The notes beneath the pieces were generated by a model that worked only from the letters and a program-made list of their open reading frames with translations, was not told the DNA's origin and made no database searches. A DNA stretch of 63,460 nt, filler included, from Octopus bimaculoides (taxonomy: Eukaryota): the NCBI RefSeq assembly GCF_001194135.2. It is 6 parts of 5 records of this genome, joined end to end, with 100 filler letters (N's around TTAATTAATTAA, not from the genome) between each part and the next. Parts side by side here need not be neighbours in the genome. Positions count along the whole stretch, not along the records: positions 12,613 to 39,804 come from NC_068994.1; 5 more parts are not named here. One strand, written 5' to 3'. Both the position numbers and the translations under genes were made by a program. This document shows, piece by piece, positions 26,408 to 38,180 of the stretch. How positions within the stretch are numbered: the stretch's first letter is position 1; every line of letters begins with the position of its first letter.

Positions 26408-28873
26408 TCAAAGAAGACTTACCTGCCGCGTCCCTTGTGTTAGATCCCTTGAATCGACTTTGGCTGAAGAATCTCTCCAGTTCTGTCTTGTTTTATATCC
26501 AGAGTGAGTTTCTAGTCTAGGCAGAGAGGCCTGCGAACTTTTGTTGTCATCGACGCTCGTCATGGTAACAGAAGCCTCGTACTGAAGAGACATTTGTTCA
26601 CAAATATAATCCCCCTGTTTGCTCTCGCCCAAAAACCTATTGGATGAATCTATACCATCGTTGTATTGTTCGTTCCGTTGATTGTTCCTTCGCACAATAC
26701 AAACGGTGATGGAGACGACAACAGCTACCGCTACTATTACTGTGGACATAACGATTATTATCATTAAATTAATATGAATTCGGTTATCGGACTCTGTGTC
26801 CTCTGCTGAATACATCTTTGAGGTTGTGTTACTGACAGTCAGTGTTAAAGAAAGTGTCGTCGTTGCAGACAGAATTGGACTGCCGCTGTCTTTGACGATA
26901 AAACTTAACTCGTACGAACCTGCATCGTTCTGGTAGACGGTTCGAGAAAAAGATAGAACTCCCGTATAAGGATTCACCGTGAATAATTGCTTATGGTTGC
27001 CTCCTAGAATCTCGTACCGGAGGAAAGCATTGACATGACTGTCTCTGTCCGAAGACCTAAGAACTGTGATATCATTTTCACTTTGTGGGTTATAGTAGAC
27101 GTCCAAACTGAATGGATTTACGCTGGGAAATGTAAAATATGGAGCATTGTCGTTCTCATCCATTACTTCAACAATTACATGTGCTGTATTGTTTAGCGAT
27201 GGCGTTCCATTGTCTCTTACAAATACTTTGAATTTGTAAACATCTTGCTGTTCAAAGTCTAGCGGTTTGGTTGTTGAAATGAATCCAAAATTGGATATCT
27301 CAAATGGAAGGAAACTATAATCTTCGGCCAAGAGCGAATAAATCAGTTGACCTCCGTCTCCCAGATCAAGGTCTGTGGCATTTATGAAGCCTATAGGGAA
27401 ATTCGGATCTTCATTTTCATATGTTAGAAATTTATATGTATCTTTAGTAAACTGAGGCTGTATGTCATTGACATCCAGTACCTGTACCGAAAACTTACCC
27501 TCTGTTCTCTGTGGAGGCGAACCTTCGTCCTTACAGACGATCGTAAAATCTATGAAGCTCTCAGTTTCTCGATCGATCCGATTTTTCACAATAACTTTAT
27601 ATTTCTTCCTTCCTAAACTGAGTAATTGCAGTTTATCATGGTGGAGTTCACAGCTAACCTCACTGTTCATTCCAACATCATTGTCAAGGACTTTGACGTA
27701 GGCTATAAAACTACCTACTTTAACTCCTTCTGAAATGGCGGCCGTATTTTCCTTGGAACCCGAAACGAATTTTACGTCTAAAGATGGTGCGGTGTTCTGT
27801 TGGTTGATTATGTTCACCAAGACGAGTGCATCAGAACTCATTGGAGGGTTACCTTGATCTGTTGCCTCAATGAATAATTTATAGGTCTTTCGTTCTCCGA
27901 ATGAAAAGTTTCTGGTGAGAAATATTCCACCAGTTTTTTCATCTAACTCAAACATCGATCTTACCGCACTAGGAGTTTCAGAACTGAAATGATATGTAAT
28001 TTCGCCGTTTTTTCCCGAATCTAAATCAGTAGCCGTTAAAGTAACAACTGGTTTGTCTCGGCGATACGTGTTTTTGACAGTGACGTTGTATACGTTAAGC
28101 GAAAATGTCGGAATGTTATCATTTTCATCTGTGACTAATATAAAAACGTCTAAGATACTTTGGCGGGAAGGAAAGCCGCCATCTTTGGCGATTACTTGAA
28201 GTTTGTACGTGTCTTTTTGTTCTCTGTCCAGTTTCTTTTCTAGCTTAATATCAAGGTTTGCCTTGCCATCAACTCTTTTTGAGACGGATAATGAAAAAGG
28301 GTCATCAAATTCTTTGTTTAATTGATAGGTTATTTCAGAATTGGATAATCCGACGTCTTTATCAATAGCGTTCGGGATTGATCTTTTGAGTCCTTTACTG
28401 TCATCCTCAGAAAACGTTATATCAATTTGTTTGACAGGGAATTCTGGTTGGTTATCATTGATATCATTAATAATCAATCTGATTTCTAATATTTTCACAA
28501 ATGATTGTTCATGCTGGACCGCTACTTCCACCATTTTAAAACACTCGGTGTTGTATTTACACAGAGTTTCGGCATCTAGCACCTCCGCCGTGTAAAGTTT
28601 ACCGTTCTTGGAGACGTTAAATAAACGAGTAGTGGTCAATGTTTTGGGCTGTAGTTGGTTAAATGTGACCAGCCTGTGTTCCCGGTGGGGAAAACTGTTC
28701 AAGAGCTGTGTATCAGCCGCCACATCACCGATGAAAGTTCCTTTCCTTGCTCCTTCTTCCACGTCGTATGTTATATCGACAGACGAAGATATGTTGGTGA
28801 AAATGAGCACGAGAAATACCTCGGTTAAGTAAATAATCCTTTGTGGTAAAGCAGAATACACAAAATATTTCAT
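26408..28873 (-). CDS. Pcdh: Protocadherin, large ectodomain+TM exon (signal peptide, EC1-EC6, TM, proximal cytoplasmic tail); probably spliced at 26423 to downstream exon(s)
   Basis: 821-aa ORF from ATG 28873 (MKYFVYSALPQRIIYLTEVFLVLIFTNISSS, signal-like). Six cadherin repeats with DINDNQP, DENDNIP, DVNDIQP, DENDNAP, LDAE/LDRE/IDRE/LDFE, ATDLD, KDGG/RDNG motifs. EC1 has C-X5-C (CKYNTEC). Hydrophobic TM INLMIIIVMSTVIVAVAVVVSITVCIV followed by RRNNQR. Family-level call only. Confidence 0.97.
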   Translation of the reverse strand: MKYFVYSALPQRIIYLTEVFLVLIFTNISSSVDITYDVEEGARKGTFIGDVAADTQLLNSFPHREHRLVTFNQLQPKTLTTTRLFNVSKNGKLYTAEVLDAETLCKYNTECFKMVEVAVQHEQSFVKILEIRLIINDINDNQPEFPVKQIDITFSEDDSKGLKRSIPNAIDKDVGLSNSEITYQLNKEFDDPFSLSVSKRVDGKANLDIKLEKKLDREQKDTYKLQVIAKDGGFPSRQSILDVFILVTDENDNIPTFSLNVYNVTVKNTYRRDKPVVTLTATDLDSGKNGEITYHFSSETPSAVRSMFELDEKTGGIFLTRNFSFGERKTYKLFIEATDQGNPPMSSDALVLVNIINQQNTAPSLDVKFVSGSKENTAAISEGVKVGSFIAYVKVLDNDVGMNSEVSCELHHDKLQLLSLGRKKYKVIVKNRIDRETESFIDFTIVCKDEGSPPQRTEGKFSVQVLDVNDIQPQFTKDTYKFLTYENEDPNFPIGFINATDLDLGDGGQLIYSLLAEDYSFLPFEISNFGFISTTKPLDFEQQDVYKFKVFVRDNGTPSLNNTAHVIVEVMDENDNAPYFTFPSVNPFSLDVYYNPQSENDITVLRSSDRDSHVNAFLRYEILGGNHKQLFTVNPYTGVLSFSRTVYQNDAGSYELSFIVKDSGSPILSATTTLSLTLTVSNTTSKMYSAEDTESDNRIHINLMIIIVMSTVIVAVAVVVSITVCIVRRNNQRNEQYNDGIDSSNRFLGESKQGDYICEQMSLQYEASVTMTSVDDNKSSQASLPRLETHSGYKTRQNWRDSSAKVDSRDLTQGTRQVSLL
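26417..26425 (-). other. 5' splice donor CAG|GTAAGT (phase 0) ending the Pcdh exon
   Basis: Minus strand reads CGG CAG|GTAAGT CTT CTT TGA; perfect donor consensus four codons before the in-frame stop. Confidence 0.8.
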
Positions 28874-28879
28874 TATTAG

Positions 28880-28945
28880 CTGAAGACAAGGAAGCACACT
28901 TTGGTGGAAAAGTACCTGAAAGAAGATGGGAAAAAATAATTATAT
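28880..28945 (-). other. Two tandem 3' splice acceptors upstream of the Pcdh ATG
   Basis: Minus strand attattttttcccatcttctttcag|G (AG at 28917-28916) and gtgcttccttgtcttcag|CTAATAATG (AG at 28881-28880), both with pyrimidine tracts. Confidence 0.65.
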
Positions 28946-29095
28946 TGATATAGCTATATAGATATACAGATACACGCACGTAAGGGCATACACGCACGCA
29001 CAGATTCTCTTTCTCGCTCTCTCACTTTCTCTCTCGCTCTCTTTCTCTCTCTATCTCACATACATATATACAAACACACATATACACGCATGGAT

Positions 29096-29140
<45 letters not shown>

Positions 29141-29793
29141 CATAGTCATTTGCTCAACATTAAATAAATTATAACTAAAATGTCACGTTAAATTAAGAAA
29201 AGGTCCACCGGCATGCGCATGTATACGCGCGCTCACATACACACATATATGCATACACAGATACTTACAAACAAATATATGAATGCATATATACATTTAT
29301 ATGCATATGTGTGTATGTGTGTGTGTCTGCATGTATTGTGTAAATATATCTTCGTACACACGCATGGACGCATGGACGCATGCACACATATATTTACATA
29401 TATGTATATATGTATGTAAATGGGTGTGTGTGTGTATGTATGCATGTGTGAATATGTACATATATACACACTAGAGTGTGTGGTGTTAAGCACAGCTAAC
29501 TATATACATTTTACGGATGTATAAAATACACATAGAGCGGTAATTATGTTTCATAAATGTCAAATCGAATCACCATTTCCATCCTTACTTTATCGTATAT
29601 AAAGGAGTGTCCGTGTGTCTTTAAGTATGTGCGAGTATGTGTGTATGTGCGCGTGCGTGTGTGTGAGTATGTGTGTGTGCGCGTGACAGTGTAATGGGTG
29701 AGTGTCAGCGTGTATGTTTGTACGTAAGCGTTTGACAGGGAGCATATTTATTTATGCGCATATATGTAAGGCTGCAAATATCCAGAACTGTAG

Positions 29794-29830
<37 letters not shown>

Positions 29831-30064
29831 TACACACACGCACTCACATACATACACACACACACATACACTCAGAAATAACCAGGCATACTTATAAGCA
29901 TATAATTAAAATACACGTACACAAACATATCTGTATATAAATATGTGTGTGTGTGTATGCTTCTATATGTGTGTATATACGCTTTTATATGTATNNNNNN
30001 NNNNNNNNNNNNNNNNNNNNNNNNNNNNNNNNNNNNNNNNNNNNNATATATATATATATGTTTG

Positions 30065-30098
<34 letters not shown>

Positions 30099-30597
30099 TA
30101 CAGATACACACACGTGTGCATGTATATGTGAGGGAGTGAATGTATGCTCCTAAATGTATGTAACCTTTATTTGAGGAAAAGCCGAGTGAAAAGTCAAAAG
30201 CTAAATTAATGAAGACAATCTGTTATCTGTTTTGCGAAATGTTTTAAGAATTGAAAAATTCGTCAAATATTTTTTTTTTATATATTTTCGTCCAGCCAAG
30301 CCTAGCTTAAAGAACGATGTTGAATTTGGTTTTGCCGTTGTTGTTGTTGTTATTACCGTTGTAATTGTTGTTGTTGTTGTTGTTGTTGGTGATGGTGGTG
30401 GTGGTGGTACCGCTTGTGGTGTTGTTGTTACTGTTGCAGTTGCTGCTGTTGTTGTTGTTGATGGTGATAGTGTTGTAGTTTAGCTGGTGGAAAGAATGGC
30501 AAAAGACAATGGAAGGAAAAAGGAAAGGTATAATTAAAAAAAAAAAAAAGAAATGAGGATAGAGAAAGAGAGGAAAAACGACGTTAAGGAAGACTGG

Positions 30598-30637
<40 letters not shown>

Positions 30638-30699
30638 TGGGGGGGGGAGAATGAAATTCTGAAGGATTGAAGCAATGAAGGAAAGAGTGAAATGTAAGA

Positions 30700-30755
30700 A
30701 TACATGAAGGAAGATAAAATGAAAGAGAGAGAATGAAAGAAGGAAAGCAGATTGA

Positions 30756-30810
<55 letters not shown>

Positions 30811-30821
30811 GAAGATAGAGA

Positions 30822-30855
<34 letters not shown>

Positions 30856-31090
30856 AATAAGGAAAGAAGGAAGGAAAGAAAGAAAGAAAGAAAGAAAGAA
30901 AACAACGAAAGACCGGGAAAAAGGAAGGAAAAAATGAACAAGACCTAAAAGAACGAAAGACAGAGGGGAGAGTGAGAGAGAAAGAGAGGAGGGAAGAAAG
31001 AATGACTGAAAGAAAAACGAAAAGAAAGGGAGGAAGAAAGAAAGAATGAAAGAAAGAAAAAGGAAAGAAAGAAAGGGAAGATAGAAAGAA
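30700..31090. repeat. (GAAA)n purine-rich tract
   Basis: Direct inspection. Confidence 0.95.
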
Positions 31091-32835
31091 TAGATAAACC
31101 AATGAATCGATGAATGAGTGGAAGACCAAAATGCATGTCTGGCATGAAGAAACTCAGGTGTGGACGTTTAGGAAAAGAACGAAAAAAAGCAGACGACAGA
31201 GAAAATATAACGTTACATAATTATGGAAGGAAAGTAGTGGGTGATTGTATGAGTGGACAATTAAGAAGTGTAAATGAATCGGTGGTGTTGATTGTGGCAA
31301 TAATGAGGATGATGATGATGATGATATCTAGCCATCGGCTGGCTCCCTATTTTACGGAATAATGAAAAATAATTGTTCGCAAAATGACCATCCTGCTTCT
31401 TTGTACGTAGAGTTACGACTGCATAATATTATTTTGTCTTCTCTCTTTTCACTACGATAGGGGGAAATTTAGGGTATGCTACTGTTAATAGCTCTGGAGG
31501 CCCATGTAGAGGCTACTTTACACACACACACACTTTAGGGGCAATGGTGATTATGGTGACGATGATGATGTCACAATGACACTTGGTATTAACAACAACG
31601 ATAATAACTACGTTCTTAAGTCTTCCACCGTTTTTACCTTCAAGGAATCATATGATACGATATGATATGGTATATATATATATTATATATTATATATGTA
31701 TATATATATATATATNNNNNNNNNNNNNNNNNNNNNNNNNNNNNNNNNNNNNNNNNNNNNNNNNNNNNNNNNNNNNNNNNNNNNNNNNNNNNNNNNNNNN
31801 NNNNNNNNNNNNNNNNNNNNNNNNNNNNNNNNNNNNNNNNNNNNNNNNNNNNNNNNNNNNNNNNNNNNNNNNNNNNNNNNNNNNNNNNNNNNNNNNNNNN
31901 NNNNNNNNNNNNNNNNNNNNNNNNNNNNNNNNNNNNNNNNNNNNNNNNNNNNNNNNNNNNNNNNNNNNNNNNNNNNNNNNNNNNNNNNNNNNNNNNNNNN
32001 NNNNNNNNNNNNNNNNNNNNNNNNNNNNNNNNNNNNNNNNNNNNNNNNNNNNNNNNNNNNNNNNNNNNNNNNNNNNNNNNNNNNNNNNNNNNNNNNNNNN
32101 NNNNNNNNNNNNNNNNNNNNNNNNNNNNNNNNNNNNNNNNNNNNNNNNNNNNNNNNNNNNNNNNNNNNNNNNNNNNNNNNNNNNNNNNNNNNNNNNNNNN
32201 NNNNNNNNNNNNNNNNNNNNNNNNNNNNNNNNNNNNNNNNNNNNNNNNNNNNNNNNNNNNNNNNNNNNNNNNNNNNNNNNATTGTATTATTTTTATATAT
32301 TATATTATATCATATCATATCATATTATATTATATTATATATTTTTATATTTATCTGTTTGGCAAAATATTTTTACTTTTTTGGTTGTCTTTTGGGCGCC
32401 AAATGTTACTTTTGTTAGCTGTAATCTTTAGGTGAATTAGGTTGGTTTCAATATGATATTGGTCGTGGTGGTATGGTGGTAGTGGATAGTATCGATGACT
32501 GCGGTGGAGTTTGAGTGGTGGTGGATCTTTGTGGTGCTGATTATGGTAATGATGATAATGATGGTGGCAGAGATAACGGTAGTGATTGTAGCAGCGGTGG
32601 TAGTGGATGATGGCTGTGGCGGTGTCAGTAGCATTAGTAATGTTGAAGCGATGAGGTGTCGGGTTTGCGATGTGTTGGTAATAGTAGTGGTTGTGATGGT
32701 AATGGAATTCGAGGAAGTGGTAGAGGTCGTTGTATAAACAGTGATAGTACAGTTGTGGTTCTTGTATTTTTGTTGTAGGCGATAGTCGTGGTATTAGTTT
32801 TGATATTAATGCCGATGGTGGTGGTGACGGTGGGG

Positions 32836-32869
<34 letters not shown>

Positions 32870-33069
32870 CGGTGGTGGTTGTGGTGGTGACAATGGCTGT
32901 ATTGACAGTTATAGGAGTGCTGTGTGAGGTGACAGGCGTAGGTTTTGTTGCTGTTGTTGTTGTTGTGGTTGTACGATATGTGTTATCAGTGGCATCATTT
33001 AGCAGAATTCTCTAAATGTCAATTAACAGATTACAGACTTAAGCACCGAAATGTTCATCATCAACCTCA

Positions 33070-33100
<31 letters not shown>

Positions 33101-34995
33101 CCATCATCATCATCATCATCATCATCATTAACTATAATCTTCACTAACCATCATCAGGATCATCATTATCATTGCCAACCACCACCACCACCACCACNNN
33201 NNNNNNNNNNNNNNNNNNNNNNNNNNNNNNNNNNNNNNNNNNNNNNNNNNNNNNNNNNNNNNNNNNNNNNNNNNNNNNNNNNNNNNNNNNNNNNNNNNNN
33301 NNNNNNNNNNNNNNNNNNNNNNNNNNNNNNNNNNNNNNNNNNNNNNNNNNNNNNNNNNNNNNNNNNNNNNNNNNNNNNNNNNNNNNNNNNNNNNNNNNNN
33401 NNNNNNNNNNNNNNNNNNNNNNNNNNNNNNNNNNNNNNNNNNNNNNNNNNNNNNNNNNNNNNNNNNNNNNNNNNNNNNNNNNNNNNNNNNNNNNNNNNNN
33501 NNNNNNNNNNNNNNNNNNNNNNNNNNNNNNNNNNNNNNNNNNNNNNNNNNNNNNNNNNNNNNNNNNNNNNNNNNNNNNNNNNNNNNNNNNNNNNNNNNNN
33601 NNNNNNNNNNNNNNNNNNNNNNNNNNNNNNNNNNNNNNNNNNNNNNNNNNNNNNNNNNNNNNNNNNNNNNNNNNNNNNNNNNNNNNNNNNNNNNNNNNNN
33701 NNNNNNNNNNNNNNNNNNNNNNNNNNNNNNNNNNNNNNNNNNNNNNNNNNNNNNNNNNNNNNNNNNNNNNNNNNNNNNNNNNNNNNNNNNNNNNNNNNNN
33801 NNNNNNNNNGTGTGTGTGTGTGTGTGTGTGTGTGTGCGCCTATACGTGTGTATTTGTAAACACTTCCGCTAAACTTCTGAAATGTTTTGCGCAGTTTCAC
33901 AGTTTCCTCGATATAAAAAAAGATATAGGGCTCAATTCAAGGATTAACAACACCACAGAGTGTCTGTTTTCCTCAAAAATATCCATATTTTTACCCCATC
34001 AAAGATAATGAAATCCCCTTCTGTATTTAACTTTGTAATGATAGCCCAGGAGTACGTCAGGTTTTTTTATGGCTTTGTTTATGGTCTTTGGAACTTATCA
34101 AAGTCGAAGAGTCGCCAGTAAGGAACAGAATCGAATGGTTTATGTTTACTTAGATACACACTGAAACCAAATTGCTCCTATGCAGTTACATCTCTGAAAT
34201 CACAGTTTTGTTAATAAGTAGTTGCTCACCTCATTCCCAAATATTCATTACTTTCCAGCCGTTTGTCTGGCTGTAATGATATGTATTACTATCATAGTGG
34301 CCCTGGTGGAATAAGTTCATATTAGCTGTGTACATTTTATACGTAAAATTTTGGAATGTAATTGGCAGATAGTACATTGCTACGTGAATGCCTTCATCCT
34401 CTGGTATCAAACTTGTTTATGCTAAAGCTAACCAGATTGGTATGTTTACATTCCACGAGGATTTTAGTAGTAAAGACTGATAAGATACCCTCGATAGAGG
34501 TCAATTGTTTGCATCAGTAGCCGTCAACCAAATCTCTTCGTGATGTCGTTTATCCTGAAGATTTTCAAGTTTCCTATCGCAGTCTCCCGGATGACATCAT
34601 ACTATGATGTTAGCTGGAGATAATACGACTCTAATTTCTTCTGCTTATACTGCATCTGGGTTAATCCCTTTAGCCTCACTCCAGATTTTCCCCAAAAAAC
34701 GATTCTGTATCTTCTTGAGAGGAAATTCTGTGACTTTTATTCAATGTTCTTTCATCACTTTGTAACCCCGTGACTGATGTCGATCCAGTTTCTGGTGAAA
34801 TATTTTTCTTTCCGCTAACGAATTGTCTTACACATAGCTTTTAACTTTCATTGAAGGTGATTGATTTTTAATTCAAGAGATTTTTACTGTTATTATCTTA
34901 GAGCCCTTTTTTTTTTTTTCATTTTCAAAATTTTGATGGCGTGAAATACTGTTTTATTGTTTATATTTGATAAGTTTTGCTGCATAGCGGATTAG

Positions 34996-35048
<53 letters not shown>

Positions 35049-35179
35049 TTTCAAATCAAGAATTTTTATTTCATATTTTGCCATTATCTAATATTTTCAA
35101 GTTACAGCTGAACGGTTGTGAAAAGGGAATATAAGTAGGCGTTTATTTGACAAAACGAAGTAATATTACACTTGCAAAT

Positions 35180-35397
35180 ATTCTTGTCTACTATAGGTAC
35201 AAGGCCAGAAATTGGAAGTTGGGTGAGGGCTAGTAAATTAATTCGACCCCAGTATTTAACTAGTAATAATTTCATCCACCCGCAAAGGCTGAAAGATAAA
35301 GTCGACCTCGGTGACATTTGAACTCAGAACGTAAAGACGGACGAAATGCTGCTAAGCATCTTACACTGCGTGCTAAGGATTCTGCTAGTTCATCGCT
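35180..35397 (-). mobile_element. SINE family C
   Basis: aaagtcgacctcggtgacatttgaactcagaacgt...aaatgctgctaagcat. Confidence 0.8.
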
Positions 35398-35557
35398 GTG
35401 CTCTTGTAAATATTACCTGCAGTTGATACCAGTCAGCGTCAGCTCCATAGGTTTCTCGTGGATCCCAGTTAGTTAGGGTGACTTTTGGTCGTATCTTAGA
35501 GTCAATATTAATCTTATTTTGAATCATTTCATTATAAATGTTATTTACTCACCCAGC

Positions 35558-35705
35558 TCTCTTATATATCTCTTATATATCTTATATATATCTTATATAT
35601 ATCTTATATATATCTTATATATATCTTATATATCTTATATATATCTTATATATATCTTATATATATATTATATATATCTTATATATCTCTCTTATATATA
35701 TATAT
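35558..35705. repeat. (CTTATATAT)-type 9-11 bp tandem repeat
   Basis: Direct inspection. Confidence 0.9.
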
Positions 35706-36494
35706 ATTGTTCGTTTATATATTGGGGTTTATTATATTTTTGTAATTTATTTAATATTGGTTACAAAATTGTTTATAATTTAATTATTAAGTGATATTTA
35801 ATATAATGGTTAATATTTTCAGTATATTTATTTATACAATGAATGAGAGTTTTATATAGAAATTATGAGTTGTGATTGGATAAATTTGTGCCAGCATCTG
35901 CGGTTATACATATAATTAAAATTAAAATATTTTGGTTGAAAGTAAAGTAAAGCTACATCTATGGTCTCTAACAGCTTGATGCAGTCAGTTAATCTTACGG
36001 TGAAGTAACATAGTGCCAAGCGGAGTCTAGTCTTTTGTCACAGGTGTTGTTGCCATTGCTATAAGCATTTGCCTTCTAGGAATATATTCGTTTACAATTA
36101 TTTGTGAACTATTCTTATTTTGCGAATAAAATTACAACCAACAAACTCGATCTTGCGTTCAATAAATGCTAGTACTTGTAATTGTTTTATCTTGAAATAA
36201 TTTATTTTTAGGTGAAGTTCGACATATAATTTCATTCTATTCGTATCACCAAAAGGGGAATATTCTTTTATTTTCCCTCCACCATTTTGTAATGTCATAA
36301 GTCATTATTGAGTCCATATAACTCCAAGACTATATTTTATCGTTTCCACTTCTTCGTTAACTACAACTAATACAATTCTATTTGCCTTTTTCGAATTTGT
36401 TTTTCGTCGGTTAGTGATGCTTCTTTTCACGCCTAGCATTCCGATGTCTGTATAAACACACCCCGTACATCTTTATGTATCTTTGCATGAATAA

Positions 36495-36540
<46 letters not shown>

Positions 36541-37125
36541 NNNNNNNNNNNNNNNNNNNNNNNNNNNNNNNNNNNNNNNNNNNNNNNNNNNNNNNNNNNN
36601 NNNNNNNNNNNNNNNNNNNNNNNNNNNNNNNNNNNNNNNNNNNNNNNNNNNNNNNNNNNNNNNNNNNNNNNNNNNNNNNNNNNNNNNNNNNNNNNNNNNN
36701 NNNNNNNNNNNNNNNNNNNNNNNNNNNNNNNNNNNNNNNNNNNNNNNNNNNNNNNNNNNNNNNNNNNNNNNNNNNNNNNNNNNNNNNNNNNNNNNNNNNN
36801 NNNNNNNNNNNNNNNNNNNNNNNNNNNNNNNNNNNNNNNNNNNNNNNNNNNNNNNNNNNNNNNNNNNNNNNNNNNNNNNNNNNNNNNNNNNNNNNNNNNN
36901 NNNNNNNNNNNNNNNNNNNNNNNNNNNNNNNNNNNNNNNNNNNNNNNNNNNNNNNNNNNNNNNNNNNNNNNNNNNNNNNNNNNNNNNNNNNNNNNNNNNN
37001 NNNNNNNNNNNNNNNNNNNNNNNNNNNNNNTATATATATGCATGGATGTATACATACCTATAGATAAATATGTGTACATATATATATATATGTATATGTA
37101 TATATATGTATATATACATATACAT

Positions 37126-37219
<94 letters not shown>

Positions 37220-37800
37220 GTATGTCGCTAACACGCTTCCCTACACGACACCACCGCCTCATCACACTACACCAAACCGCATCATTTCACACAACACCAC
37301 GTCGCAGTATAGCACACCACAGCAATGCTACACCACACTAGACCACTTCATATAATGACATTATTCACAACTGATATTTGAATCGATCTTGCACAGGAAA
37401 TAAACGGGGAACTATCAAGTGAGTTCATTATCAACTGAAGAACGAAAAGCAAGGAAAAGAAGAGGGGGGAAAAAAAGGTTAAACGGTCAGTAGAGAGTTA
37501 TCCAGGTATTCACGCCTCGCAAACCGTTATTAATTGAAATTTTAGAATCCGCTCATTATTATCCACAGAGAATCTATAATCAGGAATGTCACTATTTCTA
37601 CATAATGACATAAGGCTTCATCGGTTTGAGATGGTTTTATTAGAAATATTCAGTTGCAGCCGTGTTTTTGGTTGTTGTTGGTTTGGTTTGTAATGGCAGC
37701 GATCGAAAATATAGTATTGAATTCTTCGGTACTCCCTGCCTGATAGATATGGGAAACATACCTCCAATATACATCGATACTATTATGTCATGTTGTTGAT

Positions 37801-38180
37801 GTTGGCACTCCGTCGCTTACGACGTCGAGGGTTTCAGTCGATCCGATCAACGGAACAGCCTGCTCGTGAAATTAACGTGCAAGTGGCTGAGCACTCCACA
37901 GACACGTGTACCCGTAACGTAGTTCTTAGTGATATTCAGCGTGACACAGTGTGACAAGGCTGACCCTTTGAATTACAGGCACAACAGAAACAGGAAGTAA
38001 GAATGAGAGAAAGTTGTGGTGAAAGAGTACAACAGGGTTCACCACCATCCCCTGCCGGAGCCTCGTGGAGCTTTAGGTGTTTTCGCCCAATAAACACTCA
38101 CAACGCCCGGTCTGGGAATCGAAACCGCGATCCTACGACCGCGAATCCGCTGCCCTAACCACTGGGCCATTGCGCCTCCA
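37801..38180 (-). mobile_element. SINE family B, full length
   Basis: Reverse complement of 13083-13461 along its whole length. Confidence 0.92.

Noticed and set aside
27462-28832. Plus-strand ORFs overlapping Pcdh
   Set aside because: Antisense shadows of a real coding exon, with no recognisable motifs.
28874-28897. ORF-track start at 28897 (MLPCLQLI)
   Set aside because: It is a GTG in eukaryotic DNA lying within acceptor/UTR sequence; the signal peptide begins at ATG 28873.
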